Under the pieces are notes generated by a model that was given only the letters and a program-made list of their open reading frames with translations, searched no databases and was not told where the DNA came from. A DNA stretch of 64,000 bases from Lama glama (lineage: Eukaryota). Below are positions 13,918 to 27,249 of the stretch, piece by piece. The translations under genes were made by a program, and so were the position numbers. Each line of letters begins with the position of its first letter. The stretch's first letter is position 1. The stretch spans positions 44,022,001-44,086,000 of the forward strand of contig CM052817.1 of the NCBI GenBank assembly GCA_028534125.1, in the 5' to 3' direction.

Positions 13918-14394
13918 CTGGGAGTAATTCTCAAAATGAAGGATCACTGGGGGTGGTGCTTGCTTCTTTCATGTTAGAATCCCACTTTGGGTGACCCATT
14001 TGTAAAGCAGTACCAGTATCTGGGCACTCTCTGTCTTAACTTCAGAACTTTTCCATTCAATTGTTGCACATGTGATGAAAAAAAAAATTAAATACTGTTT
14101 CAAAGGCTTAAATCACCCGCTTGCTGAGGACCACCAGAGACATCTGGATCAGGCCTTGAAAAAGGTAATTGCCATGTTGAGCCACTTTTATAGGGCTAGT
14201 TAATTGAGAGTCTAAACTTACTTCTCCTAGACATTCTTCTCCAAAAAGCATCCCCCAAAAGAGAAGCCCTAAAGATTTTCTTCTATAGGACCTCTTGCAA
14301 CCGTTTCTAACTGGAGGAGTACTGAAGTCGGTCCCTTTGGAAAGCAATGCTAAACTTTCAGCATATTATCCTTGGCTCATTAGAAGGGAAGAGG

Positions 14395-14560
14395 GCACTG
14401 TGTGATTGAAAGTGCAGGACTCACTTGGAAAGAAAGATGGGCTTCAGCGCAAGCTGTTTCATCCACATCTGAGTGATGATGAGGGGACCACCGCTAAGAG
14501 CCTTAATGTCCTCATCTGGAAAACGGAAAGACTTTTGCTTTTTGTGAAAGTTAGAGAAGA
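14395..14560 (+). mobile_element. MIR fragment
   Basis: gagccttaatgtcctcatctggaaaacgg is MIR-core-like. Confidence 0.45.
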
Positions 14561-15089
14561 ATGTGAATATACTGTATAAACTGTAGAAAAGAGGTTGTAC
14601 AGTTATGGTCAGTGGGAGAGATCTGGTCTACAGATGTGCTGGGGTTTTCCCAATTTTTTTTTTATAAAATTGTATAGGAAATCTGGCTTTCTGGCTTCTT
14701 TTGAAAAATCCCACAAGGCAACAATCCAATGGCAGGAATAACAGCTGGCCCCTCATACTGGGTGTGTTTTCTCCAGTTCACTCCTGTCTCCAGAGCTGCC
14801 CACAGTCTTACTGAGAAATCGCTCATTTATACCGCTTGCCTGGCCCCTGTGGGCATCTGAGTTTGGGACCTGAGGTAGAGCATAACGAAAGTATTCACAT
14901 CTGTGAGGGGACAGTCAGGTACTAATGAAGGAGGCCGAAGGGAGAAGACAGTCTGTCAGCACTCGAGAGAGGCAGTTTTCTTCTGATGGGCTTTTCCTTG
15001 CCTTAACAATGAGATAGTGAACTCATGATTCACTTTTCAAACCTTAAATAATGCCTTTTAAATGGAGAAGGCCAAGCATAAGCAATAGC

Positions 15090-15262
15090 TCATCTAATCC
15101 TCACAGCACCTCCACAGAGATAGACACTATTATTATCTCCACTTCCAGGCAAGTAAAATGCTGAGAAATTAAGTAATTTGCATAAGGTCACACAGTAGGA
15201 AAGACTGATGCAGGGATTTGAGCTCTTGCACCCTGAATCAAGAGCTCCTGCTTTTGCCCACT
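15090..15262 (-). mobile_element. MIR
   Basis: taatcctcacagcacc...attattatctccactt...aagtaatttgcataaggtcacacag...gggatttgagc is the MIR core in antisense. Confidence 0.8.
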
Positions 15263-15564
15263 GTTATGCAATGCTGCCTCTCAAGAGACTTGAGTGTGTG
15301 CTTAAAGAAAAAGAAAGCTGCTTAGGCCGAGCTGAGGCAAAAATAATTCTGACTGGTCCAGACCATCTTGGGTGTGGAGAATGCTGATTTGCCTTGATCC
15401 ACAAGTAGAAGAGATGGTGGGCAGTCCCTTCTGGGAGTTGTGTGCAAATCATGAAGTCCTGCCACAACGTTCTTTACCAGCTGCTCTTATATGATCCTGC
15501 AAAGCATGCTCCTGGAAGCTTAAGTCCCCTAGGCCAGTTTCACAGTGGATGCCAGAAGGTAACT

Positions 15565-16310
15565 GTTTTTAAATTGAGATAACATTGGTTTGTAACATTA
15601 TATGTTTCATGTGTACAATAGTATATTTCAATTTCGATGTACACTACAGCATGCTCACCGCCAAAAGTTTCATATCCATCCTTCACCATACAGTTGATCC
15701 CCTTTACGCATTTCTCTCTCCCCTGGTCACCAGAGAGTAGGTTCTTGTCTCATGCAGGGAAGAATTAGAGTGAGCCATAGTAAAGTGAAAGCAAGTTTAT
15801 TTACAGAGGTACGCATTCCATAGACAGAATGTGGTCTGTCTCAGAGGGAGAGCAGCCCCGAGGTGTGGGGTTGTTGGTGTTTATGCGCTGGGAAATTTTG
15901 TACTCTAACAAGTGGGAGGATTATTCCAACTGTTTTGGGGGAGGGGCAGGGATTTCCAGGAATTGGCCCAGGGCCCACTTTTTGGCCTTTTATGGTGAGC
16001 CTGGAAACTGTCCCGGCACCTGTGGGTGTGTCATGTAGTATGCTAATGGATTAGAGTGTGCATATCACGAGGCTCAAGGTCTACAGAGAAATTGAACCTT
16101 CCATCATCTTGGACCTAGTTGGTTCTAACCAGTTTATGTCGTAGCCTCAAAGGCTATGTCATTCTTTTACTGGTTGTGCCCTGGCCCTTTCCCTCCTGTC
16201 TCACCCCACCCAACTTCCGCTCTAGTAACCACTACTCTGTTCTCTCTATCTATGTGTTTGTTTTTGTTTGGTTTGGTTTGTTCATCTGGTTTGTTTTGGT
16301 TTGGTTTTTT
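15565..16310 (-). mobile_element. L1 3' end split by an LTR insertion
   Basis: L1 3'UTR antisense at 15565-15723 resumes at 16204 (ctctagtaaccactactctgttctctctatctatgtg). Confidence 0.8.
15724..16203 (-). mobile_element. Class I (ERV1) solo LTR inserted in L1
   Basis: TG...CA ends and 4-bp cccc flanks. Minus-strand poly(A) signal (tttatt near 15796). Confidence 0.75.
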
Positions 16311-17394
16311 TCATGAGGTCTCTTTATATACACCCACATCCTGCTTGGAAAAACAGCAACTTTGGTCTGTTGTGGGGCTTCTGCCAATTTCTCCAACGGA
16401 CAAGGAACCAGGGAGAGTGAAGTAGGAGAAGGCAGTGTTGCACAGTGGAGCACTGAGCATCAGCTGCCCTTAGCAGATTCCCCTTCTCCAAGTACCCGAG
16501 TAGGCAGAGGTCTGTACCTGTGGGCAAGAGACGCCTTTAGGAGAGTGAGCTTCTGTGGCCTCTGCCTGTGGGACAGTGGCAAAAGATCATTTCAGGCAAA
16601 GGTGCTCATCTCTGAAGACATGGTTCAAATGCTGCTTTTGCTGTTTCTCAGTCTCCTTCAGGAAGAGTGTCCCTTCTGTCATATGAGAGTAGATTCAAGG
16701 GGGACTGGCAGAGTAGAATGCTGGCTCTTTCACTGAAATGGGAAACCTGAGTGGAGCAGTCCATGTAATAATTAATTAGCCTATTCTAATAATGAATTTG
16801 GTTGAGGCAGCATCCTGTGAGCATTAACCCTGTTCCCATATGACTGGTGTCCTGTAGCTTTAATCTTTTCACAGTATTCCCCTTAATTTCTCTGGCTTTA
16901 TTAAAATTTTACACCATTCAGTCTCTGCTTATGAGGGTTGCAAGGGAGATGGTCTCTCTCTCTCTTGGCCATGCCATGCACAAAAATTGAGAGAGAATAG
17001 ACATTCTTCTTGCTCCAAGAAGGTGCTACCTTCCCCATCTAAAGTCTTGGCCACATGTCTCTTGGTCCCTGATCATGACCTGTGTAAAATTCAAATGCCT
17101 TGAGTTTGAATCTTCTCTGTTCCTTCTATACCATTTTTATGTTCTTGGATCAATGGAATAATTTATGGAGAGGTAGGATCATCAGGCACTTGAATGTCAT
17201 CTTAGTGTGACAACTGCACATTAGTGTTCCAAAGAAAAGCAACTATAAATAGAATATCTAGGGAGTCTTATTTCAGAGTTCCTGGAGTATAGATTTACTA
17301 GATTTGTTTAGATTTTGAATGCTTTTAGTCAAACAGAACACTACTTCTAAAAAGGAACAAGAATTATTGCAGTATCTCTCAGATTCCTTAGGCC

Positions 17395-17600
17395 TGTGCC
17401 TTAGTTTGGGGTTCCCCAAAAGCAGACTATGAGGCTAGAATGCAAGGTGTTTATTTGAGAGGTCGAGGGAACACTAGTAGGAGAGTGGGGAAGGGAAACA
17501 GGGAAGCAAAGTAGAGCCAATAAAGTGTATGTTATCAAGCCAGCTACCACTGTGAGCAACTGGAGAGTAACTCCAAGGATAAGTTCTGTGCCCTGGTGTC
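17395..17600 (-). mobile_element. LTR33-like ERVL LTR fragment
   Basis: tgtgccttagtttggggttccccaaaagcagac...tttatttgagagg is the antisense counterpart of the LTR end at 10260-10327. Confidence 0.65.
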
Positions 17601-17879
17601 CATCATAGTTTACAGTTCACTGGGACCCTTTCTGTATTACCAGGCAAGAGTGTTCCTACTTTGGAGACCAGAACTTCTAACACAGAAGAGCCCAGATTTG
17701 TAGGGATGAGAAGCATGAGGTTCCCTAGTGAGATATTGGGCATAATGATGAGTAAAGACATTCCTGCTTCCAACTCTTGGCTCCTTGTCCATATGTGCTC
17801 CCTGTTGGCATCCCTGTGCCATCTAGAAATCTCTTGATAGTGTACATAATGTATTCTGGAGAAAGGTACATCTTCTGAG

Positions 17880-20759
17880 CTGGAACCTCAGCTCTGCTAT
17901 CAGCAGGCCTTTCCAGAGTTCTCTGAGCTGATTCCGGACGATACAGAATCTATGACTAGGGAACCCCATGGTCATGGCTCACTCCCATACCTCCCTCACT
18001 GTAGTAGGAGACCTTGGTCAGATACTGTGTTGTGCGGATCGGGGACTCTCTAATATTCTGGATAGTGATGCTGAATGAGGTGCTGAAGGCAAGAAATGCA
18101 AACCCATATCAGGAGTGTCTATTCCTGTGAGAATGATTCAATAGCTTTTCTGGGATGGAAGAGTTGAAAGGTAATTAATTTGCCTCCTAATGGCTAGTTG
18201 GTCTCCTTGAAAAGAGCTCAATATCAGGGGCTCAGCACTGGTCTATGTGGCTGGCAGGCTGAACATTCAGAAGCAGCAGTAGCTAGATTGACCTCAGTGA
18301 GTGAAAGTCCACATGGCTGGGTCCACTCGTAACCTCCATCTCTGCGACTGTGGACCCTCTGTATGTCTGCATGTCCATCATGCCATTTCTGGGGTGGCAG
18401 ATGACAAAGGCTGACAAATACCAACTGGCAGTCATTCTGGCTCAATCTGGGCACAAGGCAAGAGAATATAGCTATTTATGGGGGTAACCATTCTCGGCCT
18501 TCTCATTCTTTTGTTTGTTTTTCTCATTATAGGTTTTAATCGGTGCCTTCATTGACTTCTCATGTATATTGCTTCTGTGAATGTTGTGTTCTGTTACACA
18601 TCTCAGAACTCTCTGGAGATCATTTCCACTTGGCTGCCATTCCAATCTTTCCTGGCTTTGTAATAATTATAATCATCTCACCCTCGCCTTTGCTGGTTGA
18701 GGGCTGCCACCTGGCCTCTTTTGCTTCAGGAGCCCCACCATTCCATTATTAAAAATGAGCCAAGACCTTTAAAGGCTCATCCTACTGCTGGTAACTGGCC
18801 TTCAGAAGGGAAATGAACTATTGAACTTTTTACTACTATTCGTGCCCCTCTTGTCAGTACATTCCTAATGGCCTTGGTGAACGGGTGTCTTTTGTGCTGT
18901 CCCCTGGAACATAATTCTGTGGTAGGTCTTTTATCATCACGAAATATATTTAACCCAGTTTGCCTATGTCCTTGGGCTTTTTAGTTCCATCCTCTACTGT
19001 CTTATTGCAATTAAGGTGTTTCAATTTGGCTCAGCATGGACACTTGCAATTTCCAAGCTCCTAGGAGCCAACATAGCAGTAAGCTCACTACATCCCTTGA
19101 AGCCCTTAACAGGATGTTAAATCCACTACCAGAGGTAGCACCACCAAGTCAACAAACTCTCCCTTATCTAGTCTGATGTCCTGGTTCCCTAGGTCAAGCA
19201 CACTCAAATTTAAACCCAAATCCAAATCCCTGGATGTTCTCCTGACCCCTGCCAGTTTATGTTGGCCAGTTCTAGCAGATTCCTTTCTCTCCTTGTCTGG
19301 CACATTATCTACCTAGCTGTGCTATGCTTAACCCCAGGTATCAGCTGGATGCCAGAGAAAACTGGGGGCCGATCTTATGGTGGAGCCTCTGTTGCCTTGC
19401 AAAGTGTAGGATGAAGGCTTAGGTAGGAGGTAACTCTCTTTATAGGAAAGGAGAGGACGGACCAGCCACATCTGCAGTCTTTAAGGGCTCAGAGGAGCAT
19501 GAGGAATAACATAGTTCCATCCCATACTAATGGTCCCAGGTTGTCCAATCAGACCCGAACCTTGTCATAAGAGACCTGCCTCAGCTGAGCATCAGTCAAC
19601 TTTGCTTCTCAGCAACTTTAACCATTAAATCCAGAGTTTGGCCTTCCACTTCTTTTGCTGTTTCACTTCAGGCAATAAGGGCTTTTTGGAAGCTTCTAAA
19701 GAAGTTCTCTGGCCTTTACACTTGATTTTAATGGTTTGTTAATTGCCTCAGCTTTTCGCTCTCTCTCTGGTGGATCAATATGATTTAGTACCAGCCTGCC
19801 AACTCTATTGTCTTTGTTTTTCATTTTCTTCCGTACCTACCCATGCCTGCTTTTCAAATGACTGAATGATTACTCTGGCCAAGCTGTTATCTTCTACTAA
19901 AACATTCCACTAAGTCAACAAGGAGAAAATTTTAACAATTTGGCTGCCACCTTGTGCCATAGAACAGGGGTCAGCAAACTTCCTGTAAAGGGTTAGATAG
20001 TAAGTCCTTTTGGCTTTGAGGACAAAACAGTCCCTGTGGCAACTACTCAACTCTCTTGCTGTAGTGCAAAAGTAGACAATAAGTAAATGAATGCACATGG
20101 CTGAGATCCAATAAAACTTAAAAAAAGGTAGTTGTATCATTCCAACTATACGACTCTGATACAGGCAAAACTATGGAGACTAACAAGATCAGTTCTTGCC
20201 AGGGATTTGGGGATGAATAGATGAAGCACAGGAATTTTTAAAGCAGTGGAACTATTCTGTATGATACTATAATGGTGGCTATGTGTCATTATACATTAGT
20301 CAAAAGCCATAGAATGCACAAAAAAAGGAAATCATAATGTGAACTATGGCCTTTAGTTAATAATAGTGTACCAATATTGACTCATCAGTTGTAACAACTG
20401 TGCTATATTAAAGCAAGATGTTAACAATAGGGCTAACTTGGGGTAGGTGAGGGGATTTCTGCTCAATTTTTCTGTATATCTAAAACTGCACACACACAAG
20501 AAAATCTATTGATTTAAAAAAAACTGAAGGTAAAATAAAGACTTTCCTATACAAACTAAAACAAAAACAAAACAGGTGGCAGGCAGAATTTGGCTCTTGG
20601 GCTGTGGTTTGTCCACCCCCCTGCCCCCACCTCTGACATATCCATAGATTATCCATCTATCCCATAACAGCCAGGATGGAGTTTGCATTGCCAGCTGGGA
20701 AATGAGTGACCCAGTCCCCAAAGCCTATCTTGCTTTCTCAGACCATTCTTGGTACCAAT
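17880..20759 (-). mobile_element. Decayed ERVL (ERV3-16A3/HERVL-like) internal region
   Basis: ORF 18224-18454 contains RDGGYEWTQPCGLSLTEVNLATAASECSACQ, the ERVL integrase zinc-finger region. An ERVL-type PBS-like tggtaccaagaatggtc lies on the minus strand at 20741-20757. Confidence 0.75.
19965..20623 (+). mobile_element. MER58A (hAT-Charlie) split by an L1MC-like 3' end (~20121-20560)
   Basis: caggggtcagcaaact...gtggcaactactcaactc...ccaataaaactt resumes as aacaggtggcaggcagaatttgg...ccctg. The insert has L1MC motifs (aaaactatggagac, tatgatactataatggtgg). Confidence 0.8.
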
Positions 20760-21158
20760 TGTGTCAGTTCAGATCCTCTAGGAAAGAGATGCTGAGATGG
20801 AATTAGGAGTGTAAGAGGCTTATGGTGGGGTAAGGGGGGTGGGTAACACCTATGAAAATAAAGGAGGAGGAAGCAGAATTGGACAGGGGAGATTTTTGTA
20901 CCACATTACATATCCGATGATATCTTGGGCAACTCAAGGGGGCCCTGGCGCAAAGATTATCCCCAAAGGAGTTGGTCAGAAACGGCCAGGCAGGCCTTTG
21001 TATTTTCATTGTACTAACTCTTTGGCTGGGAACTGCTCCAATATTGGGTTAGATCCCAAAGGCACTGCAGAGAGGCTGTCAGCAACTGCTCTCCTCAGAG
21101 CTCTGGGGTAAGTTATTTCTTGAAAGGAGATCTAAGGGGGCATCCCCAGGGCTGCACA
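20760..21158 (-). mobile_element. LTR16-like 5' LTR of the ERVL element
   Basis: TG...CA ends, directly adjacent to the PBS, LTR16 antisense motifs. Confidence 0.7.
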
Positions 21159-21691
21159 TTGTGCCAATTTCCTTTTTTATTTTTCCAATTTCATTGAGAT
21201 ATAATTGACATATAACATTGTACCAGTTTAAGGTATACAACATAATGATTTGATATATGTATATATTGCAAAATGATTACCACAATCAGTTCACATAACA
21301 TCCACCATCTCACAGTTATAAATTTTTTTTCTTGTTATGAGAACTTTTAAGGTCTACTCTCTCAGCAACTTCCAAACATACAGTACAGCAATGTTAACTA
21401 TAGTCACCATTGCTGTACATTACATCACCAGGAATTATGTATCTTATAACTGAAAGTTTATGCCTTTTGACAAATTTCACACATTTTTCCCATGTCCCAC
21501 CCCTACCTTTGGCAACTGCCAATCTGTTCTTTGTTTCTATTAGGGTTTTTTTGTTTTTGTTTTTGTTTTACATTCCACATATAAATGAGATCATACAGTT
21601 TTGTCTTTCTGTCTGACTTTTTCACTTAGTATAATGCCCTCAGGTCCATGCATGTTGTCACAAAAAGCAAGATTTCCTTATGGCTGAATAA

Positions 21692-21909
21692 TAGTTGACC
21701 CTTGAACAATACAATTTGAACTGTGCTGGTTCACTTTTATGTGGATTTTTTTCAATAAATGTGTACTATAGTACTATATGATCCATAAGTTGGTTGAATT
21801 CATGAGTGCAAAACCTTGGATACAGAAGGCTCACCATAAAGTTATACACAGATTTTTGACTGCAGGGGATTGGCTCCCTAACCCGTGTGTTGTTCAAGGG
21901 TCAACTGTA
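21692..21909. mobile_element. MER8/Tigger2-derived TcMar MITE inside L1
   Basis: TIRs gttgacccttgaacaa...ttgttcaagggtcaactg with TA flanks, interrupting L1 ggctgaataa-TA-ttcca. Confidence 0.88.
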
Positions 21910-23309
21910 TTCCATACATATGCACCACATCCTCTTTATTCATTCATCTGTTAATGAACACTTAGGTTATTTCCATGTCTTGGCTGTTATAAGTAGTGCT
22001 ACAGTGAACACGGGAGTGCAGATGTCTCTTTGACATAGCGATATCATTTTCTTCACATTTATACCCAGAAGTCAAATTGCTGGATCATATGGTAGGTCTA
22101 TTTTTAATTTTTGAGTAGTCTTCATAGAGTTGTCCATAGTGACTGCACCAGTGTACATTCCCACCAACAGTGCACAAGGGTTCCCTTTTCTCCACATCCC
22201 CACCAACACTTTTTTTCTCTTGTCCTTTTGATGATAGCCCTTCTAACAAGTGTAAGGTTATATCTCATTATAGTTTTGATTTGCTTTTCCTTGAATATTA
22301 GTGACATTGAACACCTTTTCACAAACCCATTGGCCATTTGGATGTGTTCTTTGGAAAAATGCCTATTCAGTTCCTCTGCTCACTTTTCAATCAAATTAGA
22401 TATTTTTTGCCATTTAGTTTTATGAGTTCTTTATATATTTTTGGATATTAACCTCTTCTCAGATATAATTGCAAGTATTTTCTCCCATTCCCTAGGTTGT
22501 CTTTTCATTTTTTGATTGTTTCCTTTGCTGTGCAGAGGTTCTTAGTTTGATGTAGTCCCACCTGTTTATTTTTGCTTTTGTTGCCTTTGCTTTTGGTGTC
22601 AAGTCCAAAAAATCATTGTCAAGACCAATGTCAAGGAGTTTACTGCCTATGTTTTCTCTAGGAGTTTTATGGTTAGGTCTTACATTCAAGTCATTAATCC
22701 ATTTTTAGTTAATTTTTGTGTCTGGTGTAAAAGAGTGATCTGGCTTCATTCTTCTGCATGTAACTGTTTGTTGAAGAGACTGTCCTTTCTCCATTGTATA
22801 TACTTGGCTCCTTTGTCATAAATTAATGACCATACATGAGTGGGTTTATTTCTAGGTGCTCTATTCTGTCCCAATGATCTACATGTCTGTTTTTAGGGCA
22901 ATATCATACTGTTTTTATTACTGTAGCTTTGTAGTATGGTTTGAAATCAGACAGCATAATGCCTCCAGCTTTGTTCTTTCTCAATATTGCTTTGGCTATT
23001 ATGGGTCTTCAGTGGTTCCATACAAATTTTAAGGATTTTTTTGTTCTATTTCTGTGGGGGAAAAAATACCATTGAAATTTTGATAGACATTGCATTGGAT
23101 TTGTGGATGGCTTTGTATAGTATGGACATTTTAACAATGTTACTTCTTCCAATCTATGAACATGAAATATCTTTCCATATATTTGTGTCTTCTTCAGGTT
23201 CTTTCATCAGTGTCATACAGTTTTCAGTGTACAGATCTTTCACCTCCTTGGTTAAATTTCTTCCCATATATTTCACTCTTTTTGATGCAATTATAAATGA
23301 GGTTATTTT

Positions 23310-23505
23310 CTTTTTGTTTGTTTTGGCTTTTTAATTTTATTTTTTATTGAAGTATAGTTGCAGGACAATATTATGTAAGTTAAGATGTATAATACAGTGA
23401 TTCATAATTTTTAAAGGTTATACTCCACTTATAGTTATTATAAAAATTAGCCTTATTCTCCATATTGTATACTATATCTTTGTAGCTTATTTCATACCTA
23501 ATAGT
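23310..23505 (-). mobile_element. Younger L1 3' end nested in older L1
   Basis: T-rich tail plus attgaagtatagttg...aaaggttatactccacttatag, the same type as 57260-57420. Confidence 0.85.
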
Positions 23506-24359
23506 GCTTTCTTAATTTCTCATTCTGATAGTTTGCTGTCAATATATGAAACACAAGTGGTTTTTACTTATTGAATTTGTACCCTGCAACTTTACTATAT
23601 TTGCTTATTAATCTTGACATTTTTTTGTGAATTCTTTAGGGTTTTTATATAAAATATCATGTCATCTGCAAATAGAGACAGTTTTACCTCTTCCATTCTT
23701 ATTTGGATGCTTTTTATTTATTTTTCTTGCCTAATTGCTCTGGCGAGGAGCTCTGGATTAACATTGCAAGAGTTCAAATTCCACCATCACCCTTTCCTAC
23801 TGTGTGACTTCCAGTGTTGAATGAAAGTGGTGAGAATGGGTGTCTTTTCCTTTTTCCTGATTTTAGAGGAAACTCTTTTAGCTTTTCACCATTAGGTATG
23901 ATGTTAGGCATAGATTGTCATATATGACCTTTATTATTTTGAGGTACATTCCTGCTATACGTAGTTTGTTGAGAATTTTTAGTCATAAGTGGATGTTGAA
24001 TTCTTCAAATGCTTTTTTGCATCTACTGAGATGATCATATGATTTTTATCCTTCATTTTGTTAACATGTGTTGCATTAACTGATTTACAAATGTTGAGCC
24101 ATCTTTGAAGTTCTGGAATGAATTCAACTTGATCATGGTGTATAATCCTTTTAATGTGCTGTTGAATTAGGTTTGCTGACACTATGTTGAGGATTTTTGC
24201 TTCTGTGTTCATGAAGGATACTGGCCTGTAGTTTTCTTTTCTTGTAGTGCTCTTGTCTGGTTTTGGTATTGGGGTAGGGTAATGTTGGTCTCATAGAATG
24301 AATTTGGAAGCACTCCCTTCTCTTCCGTTTTTTGAAACAGTTGGATAAGATTTGGTATT

Positions 24360-24610
24360 AATTACATTAATGCCTTTAAAATAATAATTTATTATATTAT
24401 TATATAATATATATTATATTATTATATATAATAAATAATATAATAAATTATTATTTATTTATTATATATAATATAATATATTATATAATAATATAATAAA
24501 TTATATGTAGTTATATGTTATATTACATAAGATGTAATAAAGAATATGTATATTATATAATATATAATAAATAACATGTAATAAAAGTAAAAAAAAATTA
24601 TTAATTAAAT
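24360..24610. repeat. AT-rich low-complexity tract
   Basis: Almost entirely A/T, with TATAA/ATTAT-like units. Confidence 0.9.
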
Positions 24611-27249
24611 CTTCCTTGTGTCTTAATGTAGGCTTTTATTGCTATGAACTTCCCTTTTAGGACTGCCTTTGCTGAATTCTGGAAGTATTTCTATTTTCAT
24701 TTATCTCAAGGTTTTTAAAAATTTCTCTTTTGTTTCTTCTTTGATCCACTGGTTGTTCAGCAGCATGTGTTTAATCTGCACATATTTGCAGACTTTCACT
24801 AGCATATCAGCTTATTATGCTTGATACGATTTCAGTCTTCTTAAATTAATTAAGACTTGTTTTGTGGCCTAACATATGATCTTTGCTGGAGAATATTCCA
24901 TGTGCACTTAAGAAGAATGTGTATTCTGCTGCTTTTGGATGGAATGTTCTGTTAATGTCTATTAAGTCCATCAAGTTAAGTGTTGTTTAAATCCATTGTT
25001 TCCTTATTGATTTTCTGTCTCAATGATTTAGTCATCTTTGCAAGTAAGAAATTGAAGTCTCCTAATTTTACAGTTTGCTGTTTTTCCCTTTTGATCTATT
25101 AATATTTGCATTATATATTTAGATACTCTAATGTTTGGTGTATAAATATTTATAAATATTATACCCTCTTGTTGGATCGACCCTTTTATCATCATAAAAG
25201 GACTTTGTCTTTTAATTCAGTCTTTGTCATAAAGTCTATTTCTTCTGAAAAAAGTAGAGCTACCTCTACTTTCTTTTGGTCTCCATTTACTTGGAGTAGC
25301 TTTTTCCATCCTTTCACTGTGAGTCTTTGTGTGTCCTTACATCTGAAGTGAGCCTCTTGTAGGCAGCATAGTTGAGTCTTTGTAAAAAAATTGATGTAGC
25401 CACTCTATGTCATTTGATTGGAGAATTTACTTCATTTAAATTTAAAGTAATTATCAATAAGTATGAACTTACTATTGCCATTTTTGTTAATTATTCTGAT
25501 TATTTGTAATGCTTTTGTTCCTACCTCTTTGTCTCCTAAATTTGATGATTTTTCTGTAGTAGTATGCTTATACTTCTTTATCTTTTGTGTATTTACTATA
25601 AATTTTTGTTTGTGGTTACCATATATATATATATATATATGCTTATATATTTATAACAGTCTATTTAAAGCTAATAACAACTTAAGGCCATAAAGTATTA
25701 GTGTTTTTAATAAGTAAAAGTATATTTAATATGTGTTTAAAATCACTATTTCATAATTATAAACCATGATTCTAGTAAGTAATTTTCTTATATAGTTTAG
25801 TTTCTAGGCAAATCACTAAAATTCACTAGGTTTATATTTTAGAATCAAAGTTGCTATGGTATAGTAAGTTATTTTCTTTCTGTGACACCCAGTATCTCTT
25901 ATCTTGTAAAAGCCCTCCCCCCACCACTATCATTTCCATTTTAGTAGACCCCAAAATAAATCATATAAGCTAGGCCCCATCATGCTTTGGCAAGATAGCA
26001 GCATCCAAAGAGGAGGGACCCATCCAGGTGGGACTGCTGAACCACTGTAAGGAACACCCCTCCCAAGGCAGGTAAAAGAGGTCAGATGCCTTAACCAGAA
26101 AACAGATCCAAGAAAGAAGAGATCATCTGTGTCTTGCCCACCTGTTGCCAGCTGTGCTAGCTCAGTATATGTTTGGGGCATAATCTACTTTGTGAGAGAG
26201 GAGAGGTCAACAGAGCCATGAGCACTTGTGCTTTGAAATGCATTCCCATAACTTCCCCACTGACAGAACCAGTCTTTTCTCTGGCCTCCCTGGGACTGGT
26301 TCTCTCTTGAGACCTACACCTGTTGGTCAGACTCTTGCTTCTTCTCTGGTTTGTCTTTGCTCTACTTCAGCCTTTCAGCATCTCCTCTCCTTCTTGGGGT
26401 CCTCTTTCTGCTAATCAGCCTCTGATTAGGTCAATTAGCTTAACCTGGACATTCTTCTCCCAAGAACTACATATCTTTACCCATAGTTGTAGAACCCCAG
26501 ATGTTCTAAGACTGCTTGAGTCAGCCACCGCTGGTCGTTTCTTCCCAGGAAGCCCTCTTAGAAGCGACCCAGTTGTGGCTCCATCCAGCCAAGGGGCCAC
26601 AGGGCTGCTGTGCGATTAGATACTGCCATCTGCTGGTCAAAGCACCAAACTTGAGCCCAGCTGTTGTGCCCCCTGCAGTTCACCCTTGGGCTTAGCTGTG
26701 TACACTCCCCATCTAGACTGCCAGCCAGGATTGGAGAGACACTCCTGACTCCCACTCCCCGCCCACACACACATCTTATAAGGCCTAGAACTTTGAGAAT
26801 AACTGCTAGTACTGCCCTGTGGACCCATCTAAAGACTACACCTCCCTTAGAGTCCAAATACATCTTCCCTATAAAGGATCAACGTTGGATCCTAGACCTC
26901 GTTATTTTGTCTTCAACTTAGCTGATCAAATAAGTCATCTGAAAGGGATCTTGAAAAATACTGTCTTAATTTGGATGCATACTTGTATTCATGTGGACTT
27001 CCAAGCAGTCTCTCCTAGTAACCAGGGTTAGGCTGGGTTTTTATACAGTAGCTTTTGGACTTAGATTTCACATGTATGGCTCCATGCATATACAAAACAG
27101 TCTCTTGTTGAGTTGTTAATCTGTTCAGTAGATAAACTCTAGCAGGCATAGAAAGACTACTTTCCCAAAAGAGAAACTGGCTGAATGACATAGTCAACAT
27201 CTCTATCAAAGATAAGGAGCTGAGACCAAACATGCTACATAACCATTCT

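Larger units (their letters stand above)
21172..25690 (-). mobile_element. Degraded L1 (L1MA9-like 3' end plus ORF2) with nested insertions
   Basis: Minus-strand ORF2 peptides [25 protein letters not shown] and [17 protein letters not shown]. Many stops and frameshifts. Confidence 0.92.

Noticed and set aside
24360..24610. Functional AT-rich palindrome
   Set aside because: Irregular low-complexity expansion inside an L1, with no defined long arms.
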